DNA of 64,000 nt from Chara braunii. Taxonomy: Eukaryota > Plantae > Charophyceae. A model generated the notes under the pieces. That model saw only the letters and a list, made by a program, of their open reading frames with translations, made no database searches and was not told the origin of the DNA. The DNA lies in contig BFEA01000037.1 in the NCBI GenBank assembly GCA_003427395.1, positions 4,323,127-4,387,126 of the forward strand, in the 5' to 3' direction. The position numbers were made by a program, and so were the translations under genes. Each line of letters starts with the position of its first letter. Position 1 is the first letter of the stretch. Below, piece after piece: positions 47,638-60,296 of this stretch.

Positions 47638-48383
47638 TGCGAGGCACAAGGCCTCGATAAGCCGTATCGGGCCCCTATCTGCAATAGGTCGGCCGCCCTA
47701 AGTGAAGGCAGGCTCGACAGGTGATAGGAGGCCTTGTTTGGACTACTTCGCAACTGGGGAAAATTCAGGCAGTTCCGCAACGCCAGTTGGTTGAAGGCGC
47801 CCAGGCCCTGACCTCCGTTATCAAATGTATCTAAGTCAGGCCCTGGGTGAGATACGCAGCATAGGCCCAACTCAGGTTGTGAGCAGTTGGGCACGGGTAA
47901 CTGTCGATGGCCCTGGGCTTGATTCGTTTGGAATGAGGCTTAGCCTCACTGGGCCTACCGGAAGCTTCTCGGCAGGGAAGCGTTGCTGCGCCATCGCTGG
48001 CCAGCACTCACGCTCTCACGGGCGAGCTGGAAGGAGCAGGCAGCCACAGCCGAGCTGCACTACTGTATGCTTGATGGGGCGCATGGTGGTCCTTGGGTGC
48101 ATGTGGCATTTGTGAGTTGGGGAACGAGGTTGTGAGTGATACGAGAGACATACTTGGTGCTTGAAGCGTGTGGCATTGGCCGAGATCTGCTCGTACTGTT
48201 GACGTCATCGGCGACATTGATGATGATGAGACTATTCCAACATTGTCAATTATGAGGTTTTTCTGTACTCTTTGGTGGAACTCGTGATGCATTTTTGCTA
48301 TTGGTTCGAGGTCACGCCTATCTGGTCTCATGTGTATGATGCTGTTTGATTTATGAAGTTCGCTATTGCTCATCTTCCTTGCA
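47638..48383 (+). repeat. 3' LTR of E
   Basis: TG...CA direct repeat. Confidence 0.95.
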
Positions 48384-49754
48384 AAAATAATGTCATTATT
48401 GACTCGTTAATTTGAAAATACTTTTGAATTACAAAAAAGCCGATAAAGAAATAACTATTTCTTTCAAAGTTAGAGGAAGAAATTTTGAGAAAGAATGTTA
48501 AGTCTTTCAAAAATTTCAAATGTAGCACCATGTTCGCGTGCGGAGGTGAACGCGAACAAGCACCTAAAACCCTTCGAATGCGAACATAAAAAGAAAAGAA
48601 AGTTCTTAAAAAAATATGAAAAAAATGTACGTTATGAAAAATAACAATACAAACAACTTTTGCCTTTGGGTCTTGTTCAAATTCGTAGCCAATCACGAGT
48701 TAAACATCAGGAACCGAAAAAATGTATATATGTTTTTTATTTTATTTTCAGGAAAAAAAGTTATGTTCGCGCGAACGTGAAGGGCCACGAACACGTCCGC
48801 CGTGCTACGGAGAATGAAGGAATGAATGAGAATTGAAATAAATCGAGGGCGGAGCAATCCTATCTATGATTGATTGGGTGGTACAATAGTAGGTAAGGTT
48901 AAAAATGGGGGGGTTGCGTGGGTAGATCGATGATGATGAAGATGATGAGGGGGCGTAAGGTGGGGGGAAAGTCGCGCTGGGGTGTGTAGCGCGTGGCGGG
49001 GGGGGATCTGGCCCAGGGAATTGTGCAGAAATTGTGTGGGTTGTGCATGGGGAGGAGGAAGTCGGGGGAAGTCGAGGGGGGAAGAGGTCGAGGTGGAAGT
49101 GCGCAAGTGGGGAAGTTGGGATTGGAGGAGGGAGTCGGCGGGGNNNNNNNNNNNNNNNNNNNNNNNNNNNNNNNNNNNNNNNNNNNNNNNNNNNNNNNNN
49201 GGGGGGGGAGGGGAAGATCGCGCAGGGGAATGCGCGGGAGCTGGGAGATGGTGTCGCGTGGAGGACGAAGCGCGCGATAAGGGAATTGGCGCGTGAGGGG
49301 AAGATGGTAGCGCGGGGGTTGAGGATTTGGAGTTGGGAAGGGTCGGGGGATCGTGGGCCGGGAGCACATGAGGAGCGCGAAGTCGCAGGAGGGCGGAAAT
49401 GGGATTGGGTAGGCGGCAGGAGGGAGAAAGAATTGGAGGGGGAGACAAAAAAAAGAAAAAGACACGAAGAAGAAATGAGGAAAAATAGAGAAACAGTAAA
49501 TTAGAAAATTAATAATAAAAAATTTATTTGCCACTTACTTGCACGTTGGCTTTAGGATCGGTGGCGTGGCAGCGATGACGATGAAGGCAGCGAGGTGTTG
49601 ACGTGGCGATAGCGGGGACGACATGTACAAGGCGCTGACGTGGCAGCGACGACGACGACGACAAAGATGACAACGATGGCGATGAACACGACGAAGATGA
49701 CGACGATGGCGGTGCTGGAACAGGGAGGGAGGGAGGGCCGTTTGCCGGTCTGGG

Positions 49755-50263
49755 GCTGGGGCTGTGGCAGCGCAAAGAGGTTGAGGGAGAGAGGGAGAGT
49801 GAGAGCACACACACACGCGCACTCAACTCGACGCAGATTCGACACGACTCGATGGACACAGGCACAAAGTGGCAAAGTGGCAAAATCGCAAAGTTACAAT
49901 CTTGGATTCCGAACACAATGTCTCAGTAAGTCACATTGAAGCACAAGCACCGGGGCCGAGAACTGAATGCCTGAACTCAGCTTCAGTCCGTTCTTAAGCA
50001 CTGGACTCAAGTTGAGTCTCGAGGGAAGTGCAATTTGCCTCGGGGCTGAATTGAAAATCGAAGGTTTGAGCCTGGGCGCTAAAATGCCGGATGGTGCCAA
50101 GCATCGAAATCCGAAAGTGCTAGAGGAAGGATTTGAGAATGGGTGCCAACTGTAGAGGGCGCCAACAGTTAGGAACCGGAGATCAGAGACTCAAAAATAA
50201 AATAGCAGCCTGGTGGGTGGTAACCTGCGAACCAGGGATCGAGCCGTAACCGAGTCCGGAACA
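49755..50263 (-). repeat. 5' LTR of B (may extend to 49540)
   Basis: Homology to 26431-27140; outer end fixed by the TSD. Confidence 0.82.
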
Positions 50264-51760
50264 ACAGGTGCCTAGGTCAAGGCTTCCTTCAGTTTGAAGT
50301 AAGCCTACAGGCATTTAGGAGTCCAACTGAAAGGAACATCCTTGGCCATAAGGTAAGTTAGGGGAGTGGCAATGGTAGAAAAGTTCTTGATGAACTCCTA
50401 TAGTAAGATGCCAGTCCCATGAAAGACCTGATGTTTCTGACTGTCGGTGGTTGTGGCCAATCCCTAGCAACAACAACTTTAAACACGGTTGATGAAGACC
50501 ATTTGCAGAAATCATGTCTCAAGTACACAAAAGAAGAGGCACCAAAAGAGACTTTTCTTTGTTGATTCTGTATTTGTTTTCTCTTAGAATCTGCAGAATC
50601 TTTCTAAGATGATCAGCATGGTCTTCAACAATTTTGTTGAACACTAGAATGTCATCCAGATACACCACAACGAACTTATCTAGGAATGGTTTGAAAATGC
50701 GATTCATTTCAGTCTCGAAGATACCTGGCGCATTGCACAAACCAAATGGCATGGCCAGATACTCATATGTGCCATACGAAGTTTTAAAGGCTGTCTTGTG
50801 CATATCCTCTTCAGCCATTTCGATCTGATGGTACCTTGATTTCATATCAATTTTGCTGAAGACTTTGCAGCCCTACACCAATAGGGAGGGGCTCAGAGCT
50901 CTTCCTAGTGATCTTATTCAGGCTTCTGTAGTCTATGCACATTCTGAGGTCACCTTTTCCCTTTGGAACAAAGAGAACTAGTGCCGCGTACTCAGATGAG
51001 CTAGGCCTGATCCATCCCTTCTCTGTCAAGGACTCCAACTGTTTCCTTAACTCATCCAGTTCAGTAGGTGACCTTCTGTGGACTCTTCCCTTGGGAGTGG
51101 TAGAGTCGTGCATAATTTGGATGTGATGCTTGTTCTGCCTATGGGCAAGTCCAATAGGCTCTTGAGCGAAATCATCAAACTCATCAACCACCTGTTGAAT
51201 GGAAAGATTAATTTGAGAAGGGGAGGAATTTGAATCTGTTTGAGTGACATAAGCCACAAATGGATTCGCATGGTCAGTCTCCTTAGACAAGTTGTAAAAC
51301 TCCCTGGCTTCCGATAGTAACAACTTGTCTTAGGATCAATAGTTAAGACAATGTCTTAGCTCCTCCTGTGGATTTTTCAATTGAATGTTGGGCAGGGCCC
51401 AATCAACTCAAGGATTAGTGGCTTTCAAGCAATTCAAACCAAAGACCAGATCAAAGGGAATGTGAGGAAAACATAGAAGTTCAACAACTGTTTGATTTCC
51501 CCTTTGTCATCAAAGGTGACTGACACACCCTTGATGACCTGCTTGACTGACATAGAATGGGAATTATGCGCGTGAATCTCCAGAGGGCGCTCAAGGTTAG
51601 TAATCTTGAGACCCAAGTAGAGTTTCTGAACTCCATTCTGAGAGATGAAGTTCCTTGTTGCCCTACAGTCAAGCAAGACTTTGATAGCAATTATCATCGA
51701 TCGATCGTCGTGCCTCCGTGTTATTCTAGTCCTGTTAATTTGAGGCTTGAGCATGATCAA
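50264..51760 (-). pseudogene. A pol 5' part: protease and RT
   Basis: VLLDCRATRNFIS; LRMCIDYRSLN; MPFGLCNAP; VYLDDILVF. Confidence 0.92.
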
Positions 51761-51959
51761 CTTTGAACTGCCTTTTATCTTCTCCTTTGACTGAAAATGA
51801 AGAGGTCATAGATGATCAAGATCCTCCTCAGATGAGGGCTTATTAATAAAAGGTTCAATGTATGAGAACATTGAGCCCTCGACGTCCTTAGAAAGATCAG
51901 GCACTGTAGGGAGATGGATTCAGTTTAGCAGGATTGGCTGCAGTCCTTGCTGGCCTGTC

Positions 51960-53490
51960 TAGTTTTTTGACTGGCTGCAATTCCTGTGGTTCAGTTTGGG
52001 GCAATCCTTGACATATTGGTTGCCCTCGCATCTCAGACAAACATCCCTGTCCTTCCTCTTTTGCTAGACGTCCTCTGGGATTCTCAGATGCCTCCAAAAC
52101 AAAGAGGAAGCATCCATGAGACTGATTGGACATTCAACAAACTTTGGGAAGTTCTGTTGTTGAGGAGCATTGGGGCGTTTGCCTGACCCCTTAGCATGGG
52201 AGGCTTTTGTCCGTGGAACTGCTTGCCTCCTGTGAGGACTAATAGTGCTCGGGCCAGCGTCTGAGCAACCTGGTTTGGTGATAGTCCTGCAACCTGACCA
52301 ACTGGGGGTGTAGATCCTCCCTGGCCAGTGCCTACAGAGTCGTCATCAGACTCCATGGTATGCAAACTTCCCTTTCCCTTCCTCCAACTCTGGGAAGAGA
52401 GATTGCCTCCCTTATGGGGAGTGGACTGAACATGGAGTGTAGCCTCCATGGCCAAGGCTGCTTTGCCAAAAGATCGCCAGTCATTGTGTCCTGCAGGAGG
52501 TGCCAGGGATCAGACATCTCCAAACCAATTGGTCACGATCAGACATCTCCAAACCAGCAGTGGAGGTAAGGCACTCAAATTCTGTATAGAGCTTGGCCAG
52601 GGAACCCTTGTACTTTGTCTGGCCAGGACTAACCAGCTTATCTGCAGCCTTGCTAGCCTTTTCCTTATCTGCGAACCTCGCCTCCAGGCCTGAACGATGG
52701 TCTCGAGTCCTGCTGCGTAAGCCCAATCTGGCAACTGCTGCTGAGTCTTAGTAGTCTCAGAGGTAGCCCACTTCAACGCTCACCCAGCCAAGAGGGCCAC
52801 AATGGACTGTACCTTGTTAACCTCTAAGCAGATGAATCCCCTCAGATAGGACTTCGTAAAAGTGATCCAATCTAACTCATCCAACTTGGGGTCATCCCCA
52901 GTGAATTTGTTAGGTCGCATCATCTTGGGGAATCGCTATTCCTCATGGCCAGAAGTGCCAGCATCTCAGCTCCTCAGTGGCAGCCTGTTGCTTTGGCCTA
53001 ACTGGCTTTCCTTTTGGAGAGCCGGGGGGCATCGCACCCGAAGTGGGGACTGGTTTGGGTTTGGGTGACTAGAGGTAGGAGAGGGAGTAGGGTAGAAAGA
53101 CTTTCTGATCAGATCAAGGGTTTCTACAATGGAGACTGTTTGACTTCGACCTGAGTCAGATGGTCTTCTACTGCGAATGCCCGGTCCATCCAGTCAGTGA
53201 GGGCATCTTTGACTGCAGTGAATTCCAAGTGGATCCACTCAGCCAACTTCCTGTTGGTGTCACTGAATCTGTCATCAAATTCAGTGGCCAAGAAGTGCTC
53301 TGCCAGCATTGCATGTCTGGCTGCATCCTGAGACTCCTGCCTTCTCTCTATTAAGCTGCTCAATCCACTTATGGGTCTCTTTGGCAGCCTTCTGTTCTCT
53401 CTCTATCTCTAGCTCTATGGCTGTCTTGGGGACTGCAGGGCCTTTGCCCGTGTCATCCCCTGGACCGCCTGAGCTTCCGGTGTCAGCCAT
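51960..53490 (-). pseudogene. A gag (decayed)
   Basis: ATG at 53490; PKMMRPNKFTGDDP...DWITF; CLR...H...DCP knuckle relic near 52030-52003. Confidence 0.7.
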
Positions 53491-53877
53491 TCCCGATTTT
53501 TTTGTCCCCACAAAAATAAAATAAAATTCGAGTTCGAGTTCAAACACAGAATGGCAAACTAGTCAGAATTAAACTGTGCTGTTCACTTACGAGGAGAAGG
53601 GTTAGAACAGACAGCAGATTAGTGCTTAGTGTCAATCGGTGTTCGGGGGATTGCAGACAACGGTTAGCAGCAAAATCGGACAACTGATTCTGTTTTCACT
53701 GCATGCCATAATGCAATCAGAATTAAACTAATCTCTGATCAGATTCCCTTAGAACCTCCTTGGAACACCAGCACTACTAGTTAGCATGGCAAAAAAACAT
53801 CGGGATCATGCAGAAAAAAAAAAACTGCATAGGGGCAATTGTTCCGTTTGCAGAAAAAGAATAAAACCGCAGTTTGC

Positions 53878-54115
53878 AGGCTGTCGACCAGCAGGTTGGA
53901 CTGACAGTAATTGGCTTTACTAGACTGTCGACAAAGATTTATGGCACGGACTGTTCTGACACAACTGACAGACCCGTTTGGACTGACAGCATTGGCTGTC
54001 GACCAGCAGGTTGGACTGACAGTATTGGGCTTTACTAGACTGTCGACAAAGATTTATGGCATGGACTGTTCTGACACAACTGACATACCTGTTTGGACTG
54101 ACAGTATTGGACTGG
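53878..54115. repeat. ~116-bp tandem duplication in the A leader
   Basis: GGCTGTCGACCAGCAGGTTGGACTGACAGTA...GTTTGGACTGACAG twice. Confidence 0.9.
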
Positions 54116-54568
54116 ACTGGCACCAGATCTGACACGACAGACCGGGACAAGACAAAGGCCCGCAAGCGTGGCCTGTGCGCAGACTCAAGATGTACGGTCA
54201 ACTGCAGGCTGAGGTCAGATAGGACGGGTGAACTGCCTGATATCCCCTAGAGGGTCTGCAAAACTGGCCGCCGGCCGAGCACGCTGAGCAATGCTATTTT
54301 GAGGGTTGCTGTGCCCTCAGGTCGTCGGCAGACTAATTAGGTTTGACATCCTAATTAGTTTCGGGGCCAACTCAAGCTGAAAGACTGCTCTCTTCTCTTT
54401 TTCTTTTTCTTTTTTTTCTGAACCCGCTTTCTCGCCCATGCGCACCAACCAAACAGCAACTATCACCGCCGTCGACATTGAAGATGATGGGGCACTGCCC
54501 CAAACCGCGAACTGCCGGCCAGAAAGTTGACGGCCAACAAATTAGTTTCGTAGATGCACGCGGTCGTA

Positions 54569-54580
54569 GCTCCAATAACA
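54569..54580 (-). promoter_or_regulatory. Degenerate primer-binding site of A (tRNA-iMet-like)
   Basis: TGTTATTGGAGC 2 nt from the 5' LTR; same type as the F PBS. Confidence 0.6.
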
Positions 54581-54582
54581 AC

Positions 54583-55724
54583 TTTTATGTGCCTGATTAA
54601 AAACGAATCGAACATGGCATTCACACGTTCCCGTATACGTGCAATGACAAGCAGATTTGGAGAGAGAAATCCACACCACACCGGAGAATGCAAGCTCACA
54701 AAACCAAAACTAGTATTGAAATCAATCAACTCGAATTAAACCGTCTCTCTCAAGTTCAATCAGCAGCACCAAAATTCCGAGGATCCCAACCATGTTATCC
54801 ACATCCACGAACCAACTATTTACAGAGTTTCATCAAGTGAGGGAGACTTCTTCTTCCTCCCACCCTCGAGCTCACCGCTATGGTGCATGCCTGCGCCCAA
54901 TCTATCAAGCCTGCCAATAGCCACCGACCCTCCTGACCCAACAAGCCACTCAGCAGTCCAATCTCGATGCCCATGGCAGATGATTTCACTCAACAGGGGA
55001 GGGTGGCTCCCAGGACGAAGAATCACTTGGTGATGAAGAACATGGCTGCCAGTGTGACACACACTTTGAAGAAGAGCTTCGATGGCGGTTCATTATCGAA
55101 CCCCAATGAGCATAGGTAAGAGGAGGCGCACAGAGCAGGGCCTGATGCCCAGTGCCATCTCAACATGAGCTAGGTAGCCCCAGCTATGGCCACTGACCCT
55201 CACAGCATGAAGATGGTGGTGTAACAAGATAACGCAGCACCAAGCACGACACGACCTCCAGCAGCACTTCGTGGAAAACAAATGACGATCAGAATTTGTT
55301 TTTCCTTGCCCTCTACACTTCTGTAGACTGCTGTTTTCCCTCACTCGACAGCCTACAGCCTAGGAACGACAGCCTGTAGCCTAGGAACGACAGGCTACTG
55401 TTTTCCCTCACTCGACAGCCTACAGCCGAGGAACGACAGCCTGAAGCCTAGGACCGAATCTAGACCTAAAATTGGCAAAAGGGAAGGACAGAAATGACCT
55501 ACAACTCAAGGGCAGAAAGGACAAAACAGAGAGGCCCAGTGGTTCTATGACTACCCTACAGAGACTCTCACACTCAGACCTAGGGATCGAGCCCAGTAAG
55601 GCTCACACATATAAAGAAACACGCAACCACAGTACAGGTCAGGGGATAAAGTCCTGGAGAGCTCAAAACCAGCCAAAACAGATGGACCTAGTGTACAGCC
55701 CGCGTAACACTGCAATTCATTGCA
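54583..55724 (-). repeat. 5' LTR of A
   Basis: Homologous to 15324-15426 plus 24296-25190. Confidence 0.88.
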
Positions 55725-57699
55725 GCGTTCTCCTAGATCCGAGAGGCCCTGTTCATGATAACAATGAAGGGTCTACAACCATTTCCCGTTCATGATACCG
55801 TCCATGATAACAATGAAGGGTCTACAACCAAAAATGTTTTCCCGTTCATGATAATAGTGTGAACGAGACTAAAGAAAGTACTGTGAAAGCATCACTGGCC
55901 TGTTGGAACTCAGACGCTGATTCCAATCCTGGTTTTGACGCGTAATGAGAACAAAATCTTCAGCTCTATACGACCTGAAGGCCTGAGACCAAATCCGAGT
56001 GCCAGCACTTCAACTCCAACACTGCATGCCTCCTGGATGTTTCTGCCGGGCCAGCGGCACGAGTTGCATGCCCCCCGTCATCACCAAATGAAATTAAATA
56101 GGCTGCCGCTTCACGGCTGTAACAGTCAACGCTGCGCCCGTCCATTTACATTTCATTTCACTTGGAGTCGTCCATTCCATCCGGCATGGTTCTGTTTAAC
56201 AACACAGAGACACGCCAGTCGATCGATCGATGACAATTGCTAGGTATATAGAACGTTAGAACGTTGTACCCGTTTCTAGGCAACAAACTTGTTCGCTAGC
56301 ACAGGCTTTTACCAATATCAGGCTCAGGCTACCGCCCACACTCTGTTTGCATTGGATTCTCACCATGTTTTCCGCCCACTCACGAAAACGGGGTGGGTAA
56401 GCTTGAGTCCACGTTGGCCCAGCTACCCAAGTCTGCATGGCTGCTAATGGGTGACTTTCTGATGGGCTTCTTCACTGGGTGGGCAGTTTTGATAGTATTG
56501 CCCGAATTCTGGCCGTTTGGTCATTTGCCAGTATTGGGGTTTGTTGTGGTGCGTCTTTCACAAGGTTGCAGATCCGTCTGTGGTTGTTTATCAGGTGTGC
56601 AATTGCATGATGCTATTATTTTTGTCTGCTGTGGAGCTGTAGCCACTGACTGCGTGAATCAATCCTTGAACTGGCATTTTTATGCTTCTTGGACCAGTGG
56701 AAGTGGGAGTGTCACAGTTGTTCACGTGACTTCCGTTCGTTTGTCTTCGTCTATTTGCAGGATGATGAGGAGCTTTACGAACTCATCAGCTCAACAATAT
56801 TGCTGGAGACAGCACATCCGATTGGTCGAAAGGCTGCTGCTATGCGCTTGCTACTTGCGTGCCTCTCCCGCTGCGTGGTGCGTTGTGTGTTTGGGCAAGT
56901 GTGATCACACAGCTGCATGCTGTCATTTGGTGCTTTAGTGTTGTTAACTTGTTGCTGAATAACTTAATTGTGTTTCATCAGTTTTTAGGACAACTTCTGT
57001 TCTTGTATTGCCCGGTTTAATCTGTTAAGTTGAGTTTCTGCTGTGGTGTCTTGCGTAGATGAAAGCTGAAAAGAGTCGAAATTGAAAAATGGTGATCCCC
57101 AGGGTACAATGAATGGGCATTCTGTGGTATAGATTGTCGAAAATTGTTGCATGAAAGGTGCGAAATGATTGCACAGTCATAAGCATTTTGGTACCAACTG
57201 ATGGGTTTGTTCCTAAAATGCAGTGAATTAAGCAAGGGACCTGTTTAGGTGTGATTTGGTGTTCTGTACAGAAGCACTGATGGCATGGCATCAAAAAGCA
57301 ATCATGATTTTTTTTTGTTGTTGTTGTGTGTGTGTGTGTGAGAGAGAGAGAGCGAGAGAGAGAGCCACACGGTGCGATTTTGGGCCTTCCGCACTCCACC
57401 TTAGCCCTGCCCCTCTTCGCCATCCCCCCATCTTTCCCCCATCCATGACATGTGCCCGCTATCCCTCCCGCTCTTTCGTTTGTCACTGTACCATCCTTTC
57501 CCCTGGACTCTCCCTGCCCTCCCATGACGCTGTGCCATGTGCCACCTCATCCTCTTTCTCCAACTCCGGCCGCTCTATAGCTCTGCGCCTCTTCATATTC
57601 TTTCCTTCCCCCGTCCTACTGTGGCTTCTGTTGCCCTTCTCTCCCCTCCTTACTCCAAGTGTCATGCGCCCCTCTTCACTCTCCTTCTCGCAGAAATCC

Positions 57700-57702
<3 letters not shown>

Positions 57703-57779
<77 letters not shown>
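57703..57779. repeat. (CT)n microsatellite within a ~1.4-kb pyrimidine-rich tract
   Basis: Perfect dinucleotide run. Confidence 0.97.
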
Positions 57780-57781
<2 letters not shown>

Positions 57782-58865
57782 CTTCGGCTGACCTCTTCCC
57801 TTGCTCCGTACCCCACCCAATCTCTGGCCGCCCTCCTCGTTCCATCTGCCCTCCCTCCGCCCGACTTCACCCTGCCGTCTTTCCCCTCCTCCTCTCTTCA
57901 CCCATTTTCCCATGCTCATCTCCCCCTTACCTCTTCCCTTCCTCCATACGTCACTCAACCTCTAAACCACGTTGTGCTTTCTGTCCTCCCTCCGCCCTAC
58001 TTCTCCCTGCCGTCTCTCTTTTCTCCCGGCCTCCTCTGGACCTTATCTTAAACCTCCCTCTGCCCTCGCTTCACCTGGCCACCTCACTCCCCTTCCTTCG
58101 CCCAATCTCTGCCTGACCTCCTTCCCTCTATCTCCTCCGTCCTCTTCCTTCCCCCAATGTCCTTCCTCCCCTTCCTTTCTTTGCGCGATCTCCACCTGAA
58201 CTCCTGCTTCCACCCTACTCTCTGCCACCTTTTCCCTGCCTACTGGGCTCCTCCGCACCTACTCTTCAACCTCCCTCTGGCCTCCGTCCGCCCGGCGGCC
58301 TCATTCCCCTTCATCCCCCCCCTTCGTTCGCCCTATCTCTGACTGACCTTCTTCCCCCGATCTCCTTCCTCCCCTTCCTTCCACAGCCTGATCACCACGT
58401 GACCTCCTTCCATTCCTCCCTCCGCCGTACTCCCCACCTGCCCCTTCCTCCCTCGACCGGCGGCCCTCCTGTCGTAACGCCCAACCTAAGAAGTGCTTTT
58501 TCTTTACCCGGTGGACGTAAACGCTCCATTTGTTATCAAAATCGCTCCATTTCTTTTAAAGATCTGAACACGTCTGCACACGCGCAAGAAGGAGAGAGGG
58601 GACGCAGGAGAGAGAAAAACGCATTTCACCTAACAGACTTCCTCCTCTCGCTCTTCCTTCCTCGCACCTTCTTTGTCCTTGTCTCTGTCTTCCACCACCA
58701 CGTCTTCTGCCTCCTGAAGATCTTCCTCCTCAACACTCTCCCTCAGTCTTTTCTCTTTGGAGCGACCTTATGATTAACTGCCCTGCGGCAGGTATTTCAG
58801 GGTATCTATATTTCTTTCCATATGTCTCTCTTACTCCCCAATCCCTACGCACACCACACTGAGTC

Positions 58866-58869
<4 letters not shown>

Positions 58870-58939
<70 letters not shown>

Positions 58940-58940
58940 N

Positions 58941-59021
<81 letters not shown>
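58870..59021. repeat. (CT)n microsatellite
   Basis: Perfect run with a single N. Confidence 0.97.
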
Positions 59022-59025
<4 letters not shown>

Positions 59026-59033
59026 GCGCACGC

Positions 59034-60135
59034 AGTAGAGCACTGATCATGCATGTAGAGCACGTAGAGCATCGAAATACAAAAGCACAGATCCACGTTG
59101 TAGAGCACTTATCATGCACGTAGAGCACGTAGAGCACCAGGATACAAAGCACGGATCCATGATGTAGACCACTGATCATGCACGTCGTAGAGCACCAAAA
59201 TACAAAAGCACGGATCCATTATGTAGAGCACTGATCATGCACGTAGAGCACCAAAATACAAAAGCACGGATCCAGGATGTAGAGCACTGATCATGCACGT
59301 AGAGCACGTAGAGCACCGAAATACAAAAGCACGGATCCANNNNNNNNNNNNNNNNNNNNNNNNNNNNNNNNNNNNNNNNNNNNNNNNNNNNNNNNNNNNN
59401 NNNNNNNNNNNNNNNNNNNNNNNNNNNNNNNNNNNNNNNNNNNNNNNNNNNNNNNNNNNNNNNNNNNNNNNNNNNNNNNNNNNNNNNNNNNNNNNNNNNN
59501 NNNNNNNNNNNNNNNNNNNNNNNNNNNNNNNNNNNNNNNNNNNNNNNNNNNNNNNNNNNNNNNNNNNNNNNNNNAATACAAAAGCACGGATCCACGATAT
59601 AGAGTGTTGAGCATGCACGTAGAGCACGCAGAGCAACAAAATACAAAAGCACGGATCCACGATGTAGAGCACTGATCATGCACGTAGAGCACACACGGGC
59701 GTAGCACTGACGGCCGAGCACGAATCCGCGCTGCAGCGAAGAGAGAGAGCTATGGTGAAGGGATGAGGTCAGAGACCGAGAGAGAGAGCACCGTTCAACC
59801 GAGTTCACGTCAAGCACTGATCATGCACGTAGAGCACGTAGAGCACCAAAATAAAAAAGCACGGATCCACGATGTAGAGCACTGATCATGCACGTAGAGC
59901 ACCAAAATACAAAAGCACGGATCCACGATATAGAGCGTTGAGCATGCACGTAGAGCACGCAGAGCAACAAAATACAAAGGCACAGATCCACGATGTAGAG
60001 CACTGATCATGCACGTGGAGCACACACGGGCGTAGCACTGACGGCCGGGCTGCAGCGAAGAGAGAGAGCTATGGTGAAGGGATGAGGTCAGAGACCGAGA
60101 GAGAGAGCACCGCTCAACCGAGTTCACGTCAAGCA
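59034..60135. repeat. ~58/67-bp minisatellite with a higher-order duplication
   Basis: GTAGAGCACTGATCATGCAC(GTAGAGCAC)1-2CAAAATACAAAAGCACGGATCCACGAT units; 59575-59817 repeated at ~59905-60136. Confidence 0.92.
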
Positions 60136-60252
60136 CCGAACACCAAAGCAGAGCACAGTCCGAGAGAGCGAGAGAGAGAGCACCGTTCAACTGAATTCAT
60201 GTCAAGCACCGAACAGCCCGAATTCACATCAAGCACCGAACACCACAGGAGA

Positions 60253-60296
<44 letters not shown>

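Larger units (their letters stand above)
40222..48383 (+). mobile_element. Ty3/Gypsy element E, full-length and decayed
   Basis: LTRs TGCGAGG...CCTTGCA; perfect PBS; PPT; gag-RT-RH-INT-chromo-like order; A-rich flanks. Confidence 0.95.
26431..50263 (-). mobile_element. Chromovirus-type Ty3/Gypsy element B inserted in A
   Basis: TG...CA termini; perfect TSD ACAGG (26426-26430, 50264-50268); LTR homology; PPT; gag-pol with canonical chromodomain. Confidence 0.88.
15324..55724 (-). mobile_element. Ty3/Gypsy element A, outermost container of F, B, E and PLE-2
   Basis: Homologous LTRs, PBS and PPT in minus orientation; gag-PR-RT at 53490-50264 continues in frame (KEALT*APV|LKLPDP) into RNase H at 26430 once B is removed. 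Confidence 0.88.

Noticed and set aside
59034-60135. Minisatellite, and the 5755-6390 array, as a CRISPR-like array
   Set aside because: Sequences between the repeats are homologous to each other rather than unique spacers; eukaryotic TE context with no cas genes.
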